Shown piece after piece: positions 19,219 to 28,507 of a DNA stretch of 48,142 nucleotides (its first letter is position 1; each line of letters begins with the position of its first letter). Origin of the DNA: Methanobacteriota archaeon (GTDB lineage: Archaea > Thermoplasmatota > Thermoplasmata > Methanomassiliicoccales > UBA472); NCBI GenBank assembly GCA_029560215.1, contig JAKPZB010000078.1:1-48142 (forward strand). Reading direction: 5' to 3'. The notes under the pieces are model-generated. The model worked only from the letters and a program-made list of their open reading frames with translations, searched no databases and had not been told where the DNA came from. The position numbers and the translations under genes are program-made.

Positions 19219-20408
19219 GCCACCAGCCTCGGTCCCAGGCGGTCCATGTCCATGGCGTATATCTCCATTCCGGGGATGATCACTCGGACCACCGGGACCC
19301 CGAGCTCCGGCCTGGTGAGCTCGACCACGATCACCTTCTCGAACCCTCGTTCCATCAGATGGTCCAGCACCACCTCGATGTCCTCCAGGAGGTCCTTGGT
19401 GTCGAACTCCTCGAAGTCGGATATGCTGACCCCGTCGGACGGGGAGAAGTACATGGAGTTCATGCGCTTCATCCGCTCGTATCCAAGCGTGCGATTGAGG
19501 TCGGCCTTGGTGGTGTCCTCGCGGGCGCCGTGGATCTGCGTGCAGCGGCTCTGCGCCACCTCGGTGAGAGCGCGAATGGCCGCCACCCGGGGGCTCAGAT
19601 GGGTGCCCACGCCCAGGTTAAGCAGGGCGGGGTCCTTCATCCTCACGTCGTCCGCGGCCGCGGCGATGGTGGGGATCCCGATATCGCTGGTGAGGTCCTT
19701 GAGGTGCACCTCCACTCCCTGTTTGCTGAACTTCTCCAGGAGGTCGCTCACCACCGGGCAGTCGTCGCCCACCACGATCTCCCCGCGCGGTCTGCGCTTC
19801 GCCTCGCATATGGACCAGGCGTCCCGTTCGATCACCTCGCACATGGCGTGCAGGATGGCCTCCTCCAGATTGTTGCCGGAGGCCAGGCCGTTGGTGTTGC
19901 TCCGGAAGAGCTGGAGGTCCTTGTTCGATTCGTAAGGATGGTAAACCGCCCCGGCCGGCACCCAGATGTCCTCCCCCTCGATCAGGTCGTATCCCTTCAC
20001 CCAGGCGATGGGATGGTAGTTGACGTGGACGTTGATCATCTGCGGAAGGATGAGCGAGCGGGGGTCCACGGCGTTCTCCGAGGCCAGCATGTTCTCCATC
20101 AGGTCCCTTCTCAGCTTCTCGTCCTTGGGTTCGGCGGAGTACCGTTCCATGGCCTCCATTATGGCGGAGACCCGGGCCTGCTCCCGGCTGGCCCCCTTGC
20201 CGTTGTAAATGGATATGGCCCCTTCCTTGGCCCCCGGCCGGATGCTGGAGAACACCGGGATGCCGATGCGGTCCAGGTCGGTTATGTCCGCCACCCGGGT
20301 GATCCCGGCCGCGGGGAGCAGAGGCTCCACCCGCTTCAGGGTGGCCCTGGGGCTTATCGCCCGATGACCGTCCTTGGTATAGGTCTTGGGGACGGGGCGG
20401 AGTTCCAT
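19215..20408 (-). CDS. ycaO: YcaO McrA-glycine thioamidation protein (methanogenesis marker 1)
   Basis: GITRVADITDLDRIGIPV, YNGKG, SAIMEAMERYS, SNTNGLASGN, EVIERDA, LTEVAQSR..IHGARED, VVRVIIPGME. Confidence 0.95.
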   Translation of the reverse strand: MELRPVPKTYTKDGHRAISPRATLKRVEPLLPAAGITRVADITDLDRIGIPVFSSIRPGAKEGAISIYNGKGASREQARVSAIMEAMERYSAEPKDEKLRRDLMENMLASENAVDPRSLILPQMINVHVNYHPIAWVKGYDLIEGEDIWVPAGAVYHPYESNKDLQLFRSNTNGLASGNNLEEAILHAMCEVIERDAWSICEAKRRPRGEIVVGDDCPVVSDLLEKFSKQGVEVHLKDLTSDIGIPTIAAAADDVRMKDPALLNLGVGTHLSPRVAAIRALTEVAQSRCTQIHGAREDTTKADLNRTLGYERMKRMNSMYFSPSDGVSISDFEEFDTKDLLEDIEVVLDHLMERGFEKVIVVELTRPELGVPVVRVIIPGMEIYAMDMDRLGPRLVA

Positions 20409-20450
20409 GGGTGGGGAGAACCTCGGAGGAGTCAAAAAACTTTTGCGTGA

Positions 20451-20933
20451 TCAATCCCGGTGCCCCTCGCTCTCCGCCAACGGCACGGCGAGATCGAACA
20501 CGGCGTCCTCGTTGATCGGAATCCGCTCGATCAGGATGTCCACCTCCACCCGTTGCACATTGGGTATGTTGACGATCTTGTCCTGGATGAGATCGTAGAG
20601 ATTGTCCACGCTGCTGGAGTAGACCTCGCAGATCAGGGAATGGTCCCCGAACACCTTGTGCGCGTACTGGATGCCCGGGAACTTTTTCAGTTCGTCGATC
20701 ACCGCGCTCAGCGGCGAACCGACCACCTGCAGCCCGATAAGGGCGCGCATGAGGCCCAGCTTCCCGGTGTTCACCTGCATGGTGTAGGCGTTGACGTAAC
20801 CTTCCTCCTCCAGACGGGAGATTCGTCTGCTTACCGTGGCCTTGGACACCCCGAGCTTATCCCCGATGGTCCCCAGGTTCTCCCGGGCGTTCTTCCTCAG
20901 CATCCTGAGTATCTCTAGGTCGATGAGGTCCAT
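20451..20933 (-). CDS. Lrp/AsnC family transcriptional regulator
   Basis: MDLIDLEILRMLRKNAR..IGDKLGVSKATVSRRISRLEEEG HTH followed by a RAM domain. Confidence 0.93.
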   Translation of the reverse strand: MDLIDLEILRMLRKNARENLGTIGDKLGVSKATVSRRISRLEEEGYVNAYTMQVNTGKLGLMRALIGLQVVGSPLSAVIDELKKFPGIQYAHKVFGDHSLICEVYSSSVDNLYDLIQDKIVNIPNVQRVEVDILIERIPINEDAVFDLAVPLAESEGHRD

Positions 20934-20943
20934 GGTTAAACCC

Positions 20944-20958
20944 TGCAATTTTATTGCA
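20944..20958. promoter_or_regulatory. Palindrome TGCAAT-TTT-ATTGCA, likely Lrp autoregulatory site
   Basis: Perfect 6-3-6 inverted repeat with an AT-rich centre, 10 bp upstream of the lrp ATG. Confidence 0.55.
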
Positions 20959-21071
20959 AAACGACCATTGACAAGGCCATTATATTGACCTTTGTTTCAA
21001 AAATGAATGATATTTAAAATTTTTTTGTAAGAAATCGCCTTCATCCCTGCCGCGCGATACGGTTCGGGAGA

Positions 21072-21896
21072 TCATTTGACGGAGCATACCCATCGGTCAT
21101 AGAACGGGTCCCGCTGGTTCTCGAAGACCCTGGGCTCCCGGCCCACGGCCTCGGCCCAGGACCTCAGCTGCTCGGCCTCCTCCTGGGAACCCACGGTTAC
21201 CATCACCTGGTCGGCGATGAGCAGCACCTGCTCGAAGATCCGCTTCCATATCCATGAGTTGCCCACGTTGATGTCACCGGCCATGAGCATCAGGGCGAAC
21301 GGCGCCCTTTCCAGATACTGGGTTGCCCTGGTGGCGTCCAGCTGCACGGTGCTCCAGGTCTGCAGGCGGCCGGAATGCAGTCCGCGGCTCAACAGGGCCG
21401 CGTCGAGGTCGAAGGCGAAGGAACGCAGGCCCACCTTTGACAACGCTAGGCTTCCCACGCCGGAACCGCAGCAGCAGTCGTAACAGAGATCCCCCGGCCT
21501 GAACTCCCACTCCTTCCACACCAGGTCGGAGACCTTCTTGGTCCGGTCATTGGGAACGTCGTCCAGGGCTGGCTCCACCTCGTCCATGATCCTCCGGGCG
21601 AAATGGTCGTACACCGCTTCCCGGTACGTCTCCGTATCGCAGGTGTACACGCTTATGTCCAGCTCCGGAAGAAGTTCGACCAGCTCGTCCGACGGTTCCT
21701 TCCACAGGAAGCTGACCGCCTTCCAGCCGCCGTCCTCCCGGGCCATGGCCAAGGGCGTCTCGTCCCGCGAGATCAGCAGACGGACCTGGTCCGACCCGCG
21801 CAGCATCTGGGCCAGGAAGACCTCGTTCCCCAGGTCCTCCAGGGTGTTCTCCAGCAGCCTGAGGTCGTCCAACTCGAAAAGTTCGCACAGCGCCAT
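21072..21896 (-). CDS. Class I SAM-dependent methyltransferase-like protein
   Basis: Motif I-like CYDCCCGSGVGS, followed by AFDLD and VQLDAT. Confidence 0.7.
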   Translation of the reverse strand: MALCELFELDDLRLLENTLEDLGNEVFLAQMLRGSDQVRLLISRDETPLAMAREDGGWKAVSFLWKEPSDELVELLPELDISVYTCDTETYREAVYDHFARRIMDEVEPALDDVPNDRTKKVSDLVWKEWEFRPGDLCYDCCCGSGVGSLALSKVGLRSFAFDLDAALLSRGLHSGRLQTWSTVQLDATRATQYLERAPFALMLMAGDINVGNSWIWKRIFEQVLLIADQVMVTVGSQEEAEQLRSWAEAVGREPRVFENQRDPFYDRWVCSVK

Positions 21897-21992
21897 GATA
21901 GGCGGGTATCAAAGCTGGTACTATTAATAACTGGTCAAATTCGCGGGATAATCCGCAAACCGATAAATATCCTTAATCACTCCCCATCAGGG

Positions 21993-22985
21993 ATGAAAGC
22001 GCAGCCCAGAAGGGATTGGGACCTCTGGTCCATCGGGATCCTCTCTATTATACTCATATTGGTAATATACGCGCTGCCGGACAGCGCCCTGCGAATCGTC
22101 ATCGGGCTGCCGTTCATTCTCTTCTTTCCCGGATACTCCGCGCTGTCGGTGCTCTTCCCGGAGAGCAAGGACCTGGAGATCATCGAACGGGTGGCGCTCT
22201 CCTTCGGCCTGAGCATCGCCATCTCCCCGCTGGTCGGCTTCGGCCTGAACTACACGCCGTTCGGAATCCGGCTGGCGCCCATCCTGTTCTCCCTGGCGGC
22301 GCTCAACATCGCCCTGAGCGTCGGAGGCCTCTATCGCCGCGAGAAGGCGGAGAGCCCGTACCTTCCCTTCGATCCCGCCGCGGTATGGAAGAAATATTCG
22401 ACCCAGTTCAAGGCCGAGAAGGGAGTGGACAAAGTGCTGACCGTCGTCCTGGTGATATCCATCCTCTCCTCGGTTATCGCCTTGGTATACGTGGTGGCCG
22501 TGCCTCGTCAGGGGGAGAGCTTTACCGAGTTCTACATCCTTGGACCGGGCGGCAACGCCACCGGTTACCCCCGCAACCTGACGGTGGGGCAGGATGCCTC
22601 GGTCATCATCGGCATAGCCAATCACGAACATCGCGAGGTGCGGTACACCGTCGAGCTCTGGCTGGTGAACATGAGCTTCGTGGACAACGCCACCCAGGTG
22701 CACGCCATGTACTTCTTCGATTCCTTCAACGTCACCCTGGAACATACCGACGTGGACCTGGAGGGGGAGTGGCAGCCGCAGTGGGAGCTGCCCTACGATT
22801 TCAACGTGAGCATCGAGGGCAACTACAAGCTTTGGTTCCTTCTCTACAAGGACGGCGCGCCGGCGCTTCCCTTCGCTCCCTCTCCGATGATGGATTACAC
22901 GGGCACCTCCGCCGAGGACCGGATCATCAGGGCGGTGGAGAACGAGGTGCAGAGCCTGAACCTGAACCTGCGGGTGACCGTCTGA
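21993..22985 (+). CDS. DUF1616 family membrane protein
   Basis: LRIVIGLPFILFFPGY..LFP, ERVALSFGLSIA, ESFTEFYILGPGG.A.GYP, IGIANHE. Confidence 0.9.
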   Translation: MKAQPRRDWDLWSIGILSIILILVIYALPDSALRIVIGLPFILFFPGYSALSVLFPESKDLEIIERVALSFGLSIAISPLVGFGLNYTPFGIRLAPILFSLAALNIALSVGGLYRREKAESPYLPFDPAAVWKKYSTQFKAEKGVDKVLTVVLVISILSSVIALVYVVAVPRQGESFTEFYILGPGGNATGYPRNLTVGQDASVIIGIANHEHREVRYTVELWLVNMSFVDNATQVHAMYFFDSFNVTLEHTDVDLEGEWQPQWELPYDFNVSIEGNYKLWFLLYKDGAPALPFAPSPMMDYTGTSAEDRIIRAVENEVQSLNLNLRVTV

Positions 22986-23264
22986 TCACATGACGCCGAG
23001 GTAGCGCCGGTCGTACTCGTCCATCAGCGCGTCGCGATATTGCCTCTCGGAACCTTCAGGAACGACCTGGCGCGCCTTGGCCCTCGACAAAAGCTCGTCG
23101 GCCACCAGCTTCCGCTTCGATATCTTCAAACGGCGGACCTCCTCCATGATCTCCTCCAATCCCGCGACCTCCACCAGCTGACCGTTGACCAGGAGCTTCT
23201 CGCCTTCGTTGAACGGCAGCCCGGTATCGCAGCCCACGCAGTTGAGTTTGGGATCCTCGCTCAT
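22986..23264 (-). CDS. Small CxxC hypothetical protein
   Basis: ORF of 92 aa with NCVGC and VEVAGLEEIMEEV..VP...YRDALMDEY. Confidence 0.7.
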   Translation of the reverse strand: MSEDPKLNCVGCDTGLPFNEGEKLLVNGQLVEVAGLEEIMEEVRRLKISKRKLVADELLSRAKARQVVPEGSERQYRDALMDEYDRRYLGVM

Positions 23265-23310
23265 CTCGGTTCGGAAAAATAACGCGAAAAGGGAAAAAAA
23301 GGGTTTCGGT

Positions 23311-24036
23311 CTACAGGAAGTAGAACCGGGTCTTGTGGGTGAGGCAGACGTTCCCCATCTTCTCCAGGCGGTCCAGGACCCCGGAGTAGCGGCGGACCAT
23401 GACCTTGCCCTCGTCGGGAAGCTTCTCCCGCAGGAGCCTGACCTCGGCCAGGAGCCGGTCGGCGTCCTCTACGGAGAAGATCTTCTTGCTCTCCACCGAG
23501 GAGGGGACGCTGGCCACGATGGCGCAGCCATACTTTTGAGCTATACCCGGCAGAGCGCTGTTCTCCGGTCCGAAGGTGCCCATGCAGCCCCGGCCCTCGT
23601 CCCAGGACAGCGGGCACTTGGCGCAGGTGGCGGCCATGTCGTCGAAGGACAGCATGTCCCAGCCGGTGAGCCGGTCGTCCTTCCCGGCCCTCTCCATCAG
23701 GGCGGGCAGGCGGTCCGCGGGCACCTTGTCCAGGGAGATCCATCCGGTGTAGAGCTTGCGGCTCTCGGCGGTCAGCAGCTGGCGGTCCGCCTCGTTCTTG
23801 ACCTTCTCCAGGTAGAGGGTCTCCATCTCCGGGTCCAGGCAGTTCCGTTTCAGGAATGCTTCCCAGTCCGCCCCCAGCACCAGTTTGGCCTGGCTTATCG
23901 GCACCACCAGGTCGAACTCGGCCAGGTCCTCGAAGCCGGAGACGTCCTTCAGGTTGACCTTCAGCAGGGTGGTCTTCCCGGTCTTGCACAACGCGCTGTC
24001 GCTGTCTACCTCGCAAATTGCTATTGAGACTCCCAT
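23311..24036 (-). CDS. Conserved hypothetical protein with a CxxC-x9-C motif
   Basis: TCAKCPLSWDEGRGCMGTFGP; followed by the terminator GAAACCCTTTTTTCCCTTTT. Confidence 0.8.
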   Translation of the reverse strand: MGVSIAICEVDSDSALCKTGKTTLLKVNLKDVSGFEDLAEFDLVVPISQAKLVLGADWEAFLKRNCLDPEMETLYLEKVKNEADRQLLTAESRKLYTGWISLDKVPADRLPALMERAGKDDRLTGWDMLSFDDMAATCAKCPLSWDEGRGCMGTFGPENSALPGIAQKYGCAIVASVPSSVESKKIFSVEDADRLLAEVRLLREKLPDEGKVMVRRYSGVLDRLEKMGNVCLTHKTRFYFL

Positions 24037-24189
24037 TAGATCCCTTCCTGCCGCGTATTACAAAAGGGCGGTATATATCGGTTGTCCCCATAACGCTGAA
24101 ATTGATTTTTGTCTGACGGGACCGGGTTAACGGGTGCTAACTGGCCATGATACTTTTTATATATTATTGAAATTGAATATGTCGGGAGA

Positions 24190-24963
24190 ATGGCAATGGC
24201 GGAAACGGACACGTGGCCAATGGCCAGCGGTGATTATGTCCTAGGGGACGAAGCTTCGCCGGTGGCGGTGCTCATAGTCGGCCGGGGAGCGGTGGAGGTC
24301 CCGCCGGAGCTTTACCGCATCAAGGGCATCCTGAAGACGGAGAACATCGGACTGGAGAGGGTGGTCGCCAACATCATCTCCAACCCCCGGATCCGGGTGC
24401 TGGTCATCTGCGGCAAGGAGGAGTTCGGGCACTTCCCAGGAGCGGCCATCCACGCGCTGATGGAGAACGGAGTGGACGAGCACAGGCGCATTCGGAACAC
24501 CCGATCGGCCATCCCGTTCCTGTGCGACCTGCCGTTGGAGGCGGTGGAACGCTTCCGCCAGCAGGTGGAGCTGGTGGATATCATGGACGACACGCCGGCG
24601 CAGGAGATCGCCGCCTACGACCCTATATATGAGTTCGAGGCGGAGAGCCGGGACCGGCTGGAGAACAAATTGAGGGAACTGGCCGGAAGGACCTTCGAGC
24701 CGTTTCCCGGAGAGGCCATGTTCGTTCGTTCCAAGGCCTTCGCCGGGGAGGGCGTAAGCGTGGCCAAACAGCTCCATCTGGCCTCGGACGATTTCATCAC
24801 GCCGATGCTCCGCCTTCCCTCGGACGGGCTGAACACCGACATGGGAATGGTCCTGCTGGACCAGGAGTTCGGCGTGGTGCTCGAGCCCTTGCAGGGCAGG
24901 ATCATCACCGTGCCGTCCGTAGAACTGGCCATGAGATTGCGTTCGTATCTAACGGGGTTCTGA
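24190..24963 (+). CDS. Soluble MtrA-like corrinoid protein (MtxA-like) without a membrane anchor
   Basis: WPMASGDYVLGD..SPVAV, KTENIGLERVVANIISNPRIR.L.ICG.E..GH.PG (corrinoid His ligand kept), AIPFL.DLP.EAVERFRQQV. Confidence 0.88.
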   Translation: MAMAETDTWPMASGDYVLGDEASPVAVLIVGRGAVEVPPELYRIKGILKTENIGLERVVANIISNPRIRVLVICGKEEFGHFPGAAIHALMENGVDEHRRIRNTRSAIPFLCDLPLEAVERFRQQVELVDIMDDTPAQEIAAYDPIYEFEAESRDRLENKLRELAGRTFEPFPGEAMFVRSKAFAGEGVSVAKQLHLASDDFITPMLRLPSDGLNTDMGMVLLDQEFGVVLEPLQGRIITVPSVELAMRLRSYLTGF

Positions 24964-24964
24964 C

Positions 24965-25849
24965 ATGTACAAGTTCCAAACCGCGCAGCGGGAGATCGAG
25001 ATCGGCGGGGTCAAGGTCGGAGGACAACCGGGAAAGAGGCGGACCATGCTGGTCGGTTCGCTCTTCTACCCGAGGCATTCGGTGGTGCTCGATCCCCGCA
25101 AGGGTGAGCTGGACCGGGCGAAGCTGAACGAGAGGCTGGACAGCTATCTGAACACCATCGAGAGATGCGGCTGCCCCTCCGGCCTGATGCTCTACGCCGA
25201 AAGCTGCGAGTCCGCCCGGGCCTACCTGGAGGCGGTGTGCGACAAGGTCCCCGGACCGCTGTTCGCCGATTCCGGCAGCGCCGAGGTAAGGCTCTCCTTC
25301 CTCCGCAGCGCCCAGGAGATGGGCGTCCTGGACCGGGTGGTCTACAACACCATCAACGCCGGCCTTTCCGAGGAGGAGACCCAAGCGCTGAGGGAATGCC
25401 CGCCGGTGAACGCGGTGGTCCTGGCCTTCAATCCCCGGGGGGACGACGTCAAGGGAAGGATCTACATGCTGGAGAGCGGGGACGATCTGATCCCCCAGGG
25501 ACTGGTCCCGGCGGCGGAGGAGCTGGGGATACGGAACCTGCTCATCGACACCGCGGTGACCTCGCCGGACCTCAGCGCCGGGTCGGCCCTGCGTTCCATC
25601 CTGGTGGCCAAAGCGAAGTGGGGGATCCCCACGGGATGCGCCCTCCACAACGCGGTGGAATGCCTGAGGCTGGATGGGTTGGAAGATCCCAAGGAGGCCC
25701 GGCGCAGCGTGGACGCCTCAGCGGTGGCCATCAGCATCATGTCCGGGGCGGACTACGTGGTCTACGGTCCCTTGGAGTACGCCAAGCGGACCATGCCCGT
25801 GGCGTCCTTCACCGACAAGATGATGGAGCAGGCGGCCCGGGACCTATAG
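24965..25849 (+). CDS. MtrH-like methyl-pterin:corrinoid methyltransferase (MtxH-like)
   Basis: MYKFQTAQREIEIGGVKVGGQPG..TMLVGSLFY, DRVVYNTIN, LLIDTAVT, KWGIPTGCALHNA, GADYVVYGPLE. Confidence 0.9.
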   Translation: MYKFQTAQREIEIGGVKVGGQPGKRRTMLVGSLFYPRHSVVLDPRKGELDRAKLNERLDSYLNTIERCGCPSGLMLYAESCESARAYLEAVCDKVPGPLFADSGSAEVRLSFLRSAQEMGVLDRVVYNTINAGLSEEETQALRECPPVNAVVLAFNPRGDDVKGRIYMLESGDDLIPQGLVPAAEELGIRNLLIDTAVTSPDLSAGSALRSILVAKAKWGIPTGCALHNAVECLRLDGLEDPKEARRSVDASAVAISIMSGADYVVYGPLEYAKRTMPVASFTDKMMEQAARDL

Positions 25850-26689
25850 TTCCATCGAGCATCCCGCCCCCAGCAGCAGGAACCCCGGGAAGCGGTCCGA
25901 GAAAAGTTTGGTGGCCGCGAACCCGGTGCAGTGCATAGGGGCCACCTTCTCCAATCCCGCCTGCTTCATCCCGTCCACCGTCCTCAGCAGGAGGTTGGCG
26001 TCGGCCTTTCCCAGGTGGAAGCCTCCGGCGGCCATGAGCAGCTTCCGTCCGGTGTGCATGCGGACTTGCGAAAGGATGTTCACCACGCCCGGATGCCCGC
26101 AGCCGGTGAGCACCACCAGTCCGTGGCGGGTGGACAGGCACAGGGCCTGCTCCTCCATCACCAGGTCCGGGACCAGCTCGCCGTTCTGTTCTCGATGGAA
26201 GGATGACGGCCTTTCGAAATCCGTCCTCCGGAACACCTCCCCGGTGGTGCTCACCCCGTTCGCCAGCTCCTTAGGGCGGTCGTCGTAGGAAGGCGGATGC
26301 TCCTTCAGGAGCGAGAGCAGCTCGTCGGACGGCCCTATCTCCTTTCTTACCCCGGAGGCCTCCACGAATCGCCGTCCCTGGAAGGTCAGGGGATGGGTGT
26401 GCACCGGTATCCCCTCCCGGAGCAGGAGCGGCAGCGCGCCCAGATGATCGTAGTGGCCGTGGGAGATGAAGACCAGGTCGATGTCCTTCGGCCGGAGGCC
26501 GAGGAGGTTCAGGTTGTGGACGAAGGTCCCTTCAGATGAACCGGCGTCCAGCAGGACCCTTTTTCCCTGGTCGGTCTCGACGAGAAGAGAAAGGCCGTGC
26601 TCGGCGAGGAAGTTGCCAGGGATTTTAGAAATGGATAAAAAGGGGTTTGAGATGCCTGAACTGTCATCGACCAGGCAGGTAAGGCGCAC
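25844..26689 (-). CDS. MBL-fold metallo-hydrolase (COG1237-like)
   Basis: AEHGLSLLVE, LLDAG, ISHGHYDHLG, VLTGCGHPG, GGFHL, PMHCTG; GTG start immediately after the ramA amber stop. Confidence 0.9.
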   Translation of the reverse strand: MRLTCLVDDSSGISNPFLSISKIPGNFLAEHGLSLLVETDQGKRVLLDAGSSEGTFVHNLNLLGLRPKDIDLVFISHGHYDHLGALPLLLREGIPVHTHPLTFQGRRFVEASGVRKEIGPSDELLSLLKEHPPSYDDRPKELANGVSTTGEVFRRTDFERPSSFHREQNGELVPDLVMEEQALCLSTRHGLVVLTGCGHPGVVNILSQVRMHTGRKLLMAAGGFHLGKADANLLLRTVDGMKQAGLEKVAPMHCTGFAATKLFSDRFPGFLLLGAGCSMEL

Positions 26690-28339
26690 CTACGCGTCCT
26701 CTCCCTTCTTGACGATCTTCAACGCGCTGAAGTTGTAGACGCTCTCCGGGCAGACGGCCTGGCAGTTCTTGCAGGCCGTGCCGAGGCAATGCTCGGTGTT
26801 GACGCGGATGAGGAACTTCTTGTCCCCCATGGCAGTGACCTGCAGGGCGCACTCGGGGCATTCCTTCTGGCACTTCTTGCAGCCTATGCAGCCCTCGAAG
26901 GAGCCCATGAGATATACGCCAACATCGTCCAGGGTCCTCAGGCCGCGAGCGCCGATGACCGGGATATCCGAGAGCACCAGACGGATGGTCTCCTTCGGGC
27001 GTACGATGTCCGGGAGCGGGCGCAGCCCGGCGTGCCTGACCATCTCGTTGTACATTTCCATGGACATGCCCTCGGTCCAGTAGGCAATCTCGTTGACGTA
27101 GATGTCCTCGAACACCTTGCTGGTGGCGAACATGATGTGCTTGCTGGATATCGCGTTCGCCACATCCTGCATCTTGTCCAGGCCGTCGTCGTCCACCAGG
27201 ATGTCGTAGGACATCATCAGGGAGGTGTTGCCGGCCTGCACGGTCTTCTCCAGGACCCGGGGGATGAGGCCCACGGTCTGGGCCTTGATCGGATCGACGT
27301 AGGTTCCGGAAGCGCCGGCCATGTACATGGTCCTGATATCCGTGTCGTCCACGCCGACCTCCTCGATCAGGGTGCGGTGCCCGGCGCGGATGGCTCCGAT
27401 GGCCTTTCCCGCCTCGCGCACGTCCTCCTCGCCGAAGTAGATGCCGTTGGTGAGGTGTATCTTCCGGTCGGGGGTGTTTACGTACGGCAGCTTTATCACG
27501 CCGGTCTCCAGCCCGATGGCCATGGCGGCCACGGTGCCGGTGCCGGTTATTCCCCGGGCGACCACGCCGTCCAGGCGCTGCTCCTCTCCAGTGCTGGGGT
27601 CCACCAGGGCCGATCTGACCGGGTGCAGCTTGTCGTTGAGAACGATGTTGTACCATCTTCCGTTCTCTCCGAGCACGATGTCGGATATGGCCTGTGGAGC
27701 GGCCAGCATGCCGAAGTCGATGGACTGCCCCTCCATGGCCGGTCCGGCGGCGGCGGAGCCGGTGTACAGCTCGCCCTTGTAGAACAGGCCCATCTCAGCG
27801 TTGGTGCCGTAATCGGTCACCATGCAGGTCTCCTTCTTGTCCATCAGCCCGGTCTTCATGATCATGGCCAGGGCGTCCGCGCCTATCTCATGGCGGATGG
27901 ACGGAGGGATGCGGACCTCGGCGGTGCGCTTGACCGAGCTCATTCCCAGCTCCTCGGCCTTTAGGGAGTGGGCCTTGCGCTCGGGGACCTTGACGTTGAG
28001 CCTCTTAAGTATGGACTGGCCGGCGAAGGCCAGGTCGCGGATCTCGATCTTCTCGAACATGGACATCTGGGCCGGGTTCCCGCATACCGACACGCGCTCG
28101 ATCTCCTCGGCCTTGGCGCCCATGGTGGCGATCAGCTTGTCGACCGTCTCGATGACAATGCGGTGCCCCACGTCCGCGCCGTTCTCCATCCAGAAATGAA
28201 GATGGTCCATGATGTTGGCCCCGGGAAGCGGGTGCCTCATGGTTATGGCCGTAGCCAGGATCTTGCCTTTCTTGTCCAGATCTACCAGGTGCCCCCGGTA
28301 ACCGCTAGTTCCTAAATCCAGCGCGACTCCCAATGCCAT
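26690..28339 (-). CDS. ramA: Corrinoid protein reductive activase (RamA family)
   Basis: GVALDLGTSG, T.RHPLPGANIMDHL, VTDYGTNAEM, GSAAAGPAMEGQ, MAGASGTYVD; C-terminal 2x[4Fe-4S] ferredoxin (CIGCKKCQKECP / CLGTACKNCQAVCP). Confidence 0.93.
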   Translation of the reverse strand: MALGVALDLGTSGYRGHLVDLDKKGKILATAITMRHPLPGANIMDHLHFWMENGADVGHRIVIETVDKLIATMGAKAEEIERVSVCGNPAQMSMFEKIEIRDLAFAGQSILKRLNVKVPERKAHSLKAEELGMSSVKRTAEVRIPPSIRHEIGADALAMIMKTGLMDKKETCMVTDYGTNAEMGLFYKGELYTGSAAAGPAMEGQSIDFGMLAAPQAISDIVLGENGRWYNIVLNDKLHPVRSALVDPSTGEEQRLDGVVARGITGTGTVAAMAIGLETGVIKLPYVNTPDRKIHLTNGIYFGEEDVREAGKAIGAIRAGHRTLIEEVGVDDTDIRTMYMAGASGTYVDPIKAQTVGLIPRVLEKTVQAGNTSLMMSYDILVDDDGLDKMQDVANAISSKHIMFATSKVFEDIYVNEIAYWTEGMSMEMYNEMVRHAGLRPLPDIVRPKETIRLVLSDIPVIGARGLRTLDDVGVYLMGSFEGCIGCKKCQKECPECALQVTAMGDKKFLIRVNTEHCLGTACKNCQAVCPESVYNFSALKIVKKGEDA

Positions 28340-28507
28340 GGATAACCTCGAGGGGAGGAATGCCATCGTCGGATTTATAATACTGTTCCCCTTCATCCCC
28401 CCGTCAGAAAGGTAGGCCAGCCTGCGGCCATGGTGGCGTTTATCGCGCCCCGCTCCGGGACAACGGAATTATACCTGAAAGGCCCTTAACGGCGCTAGTG
28501 TGATTAC

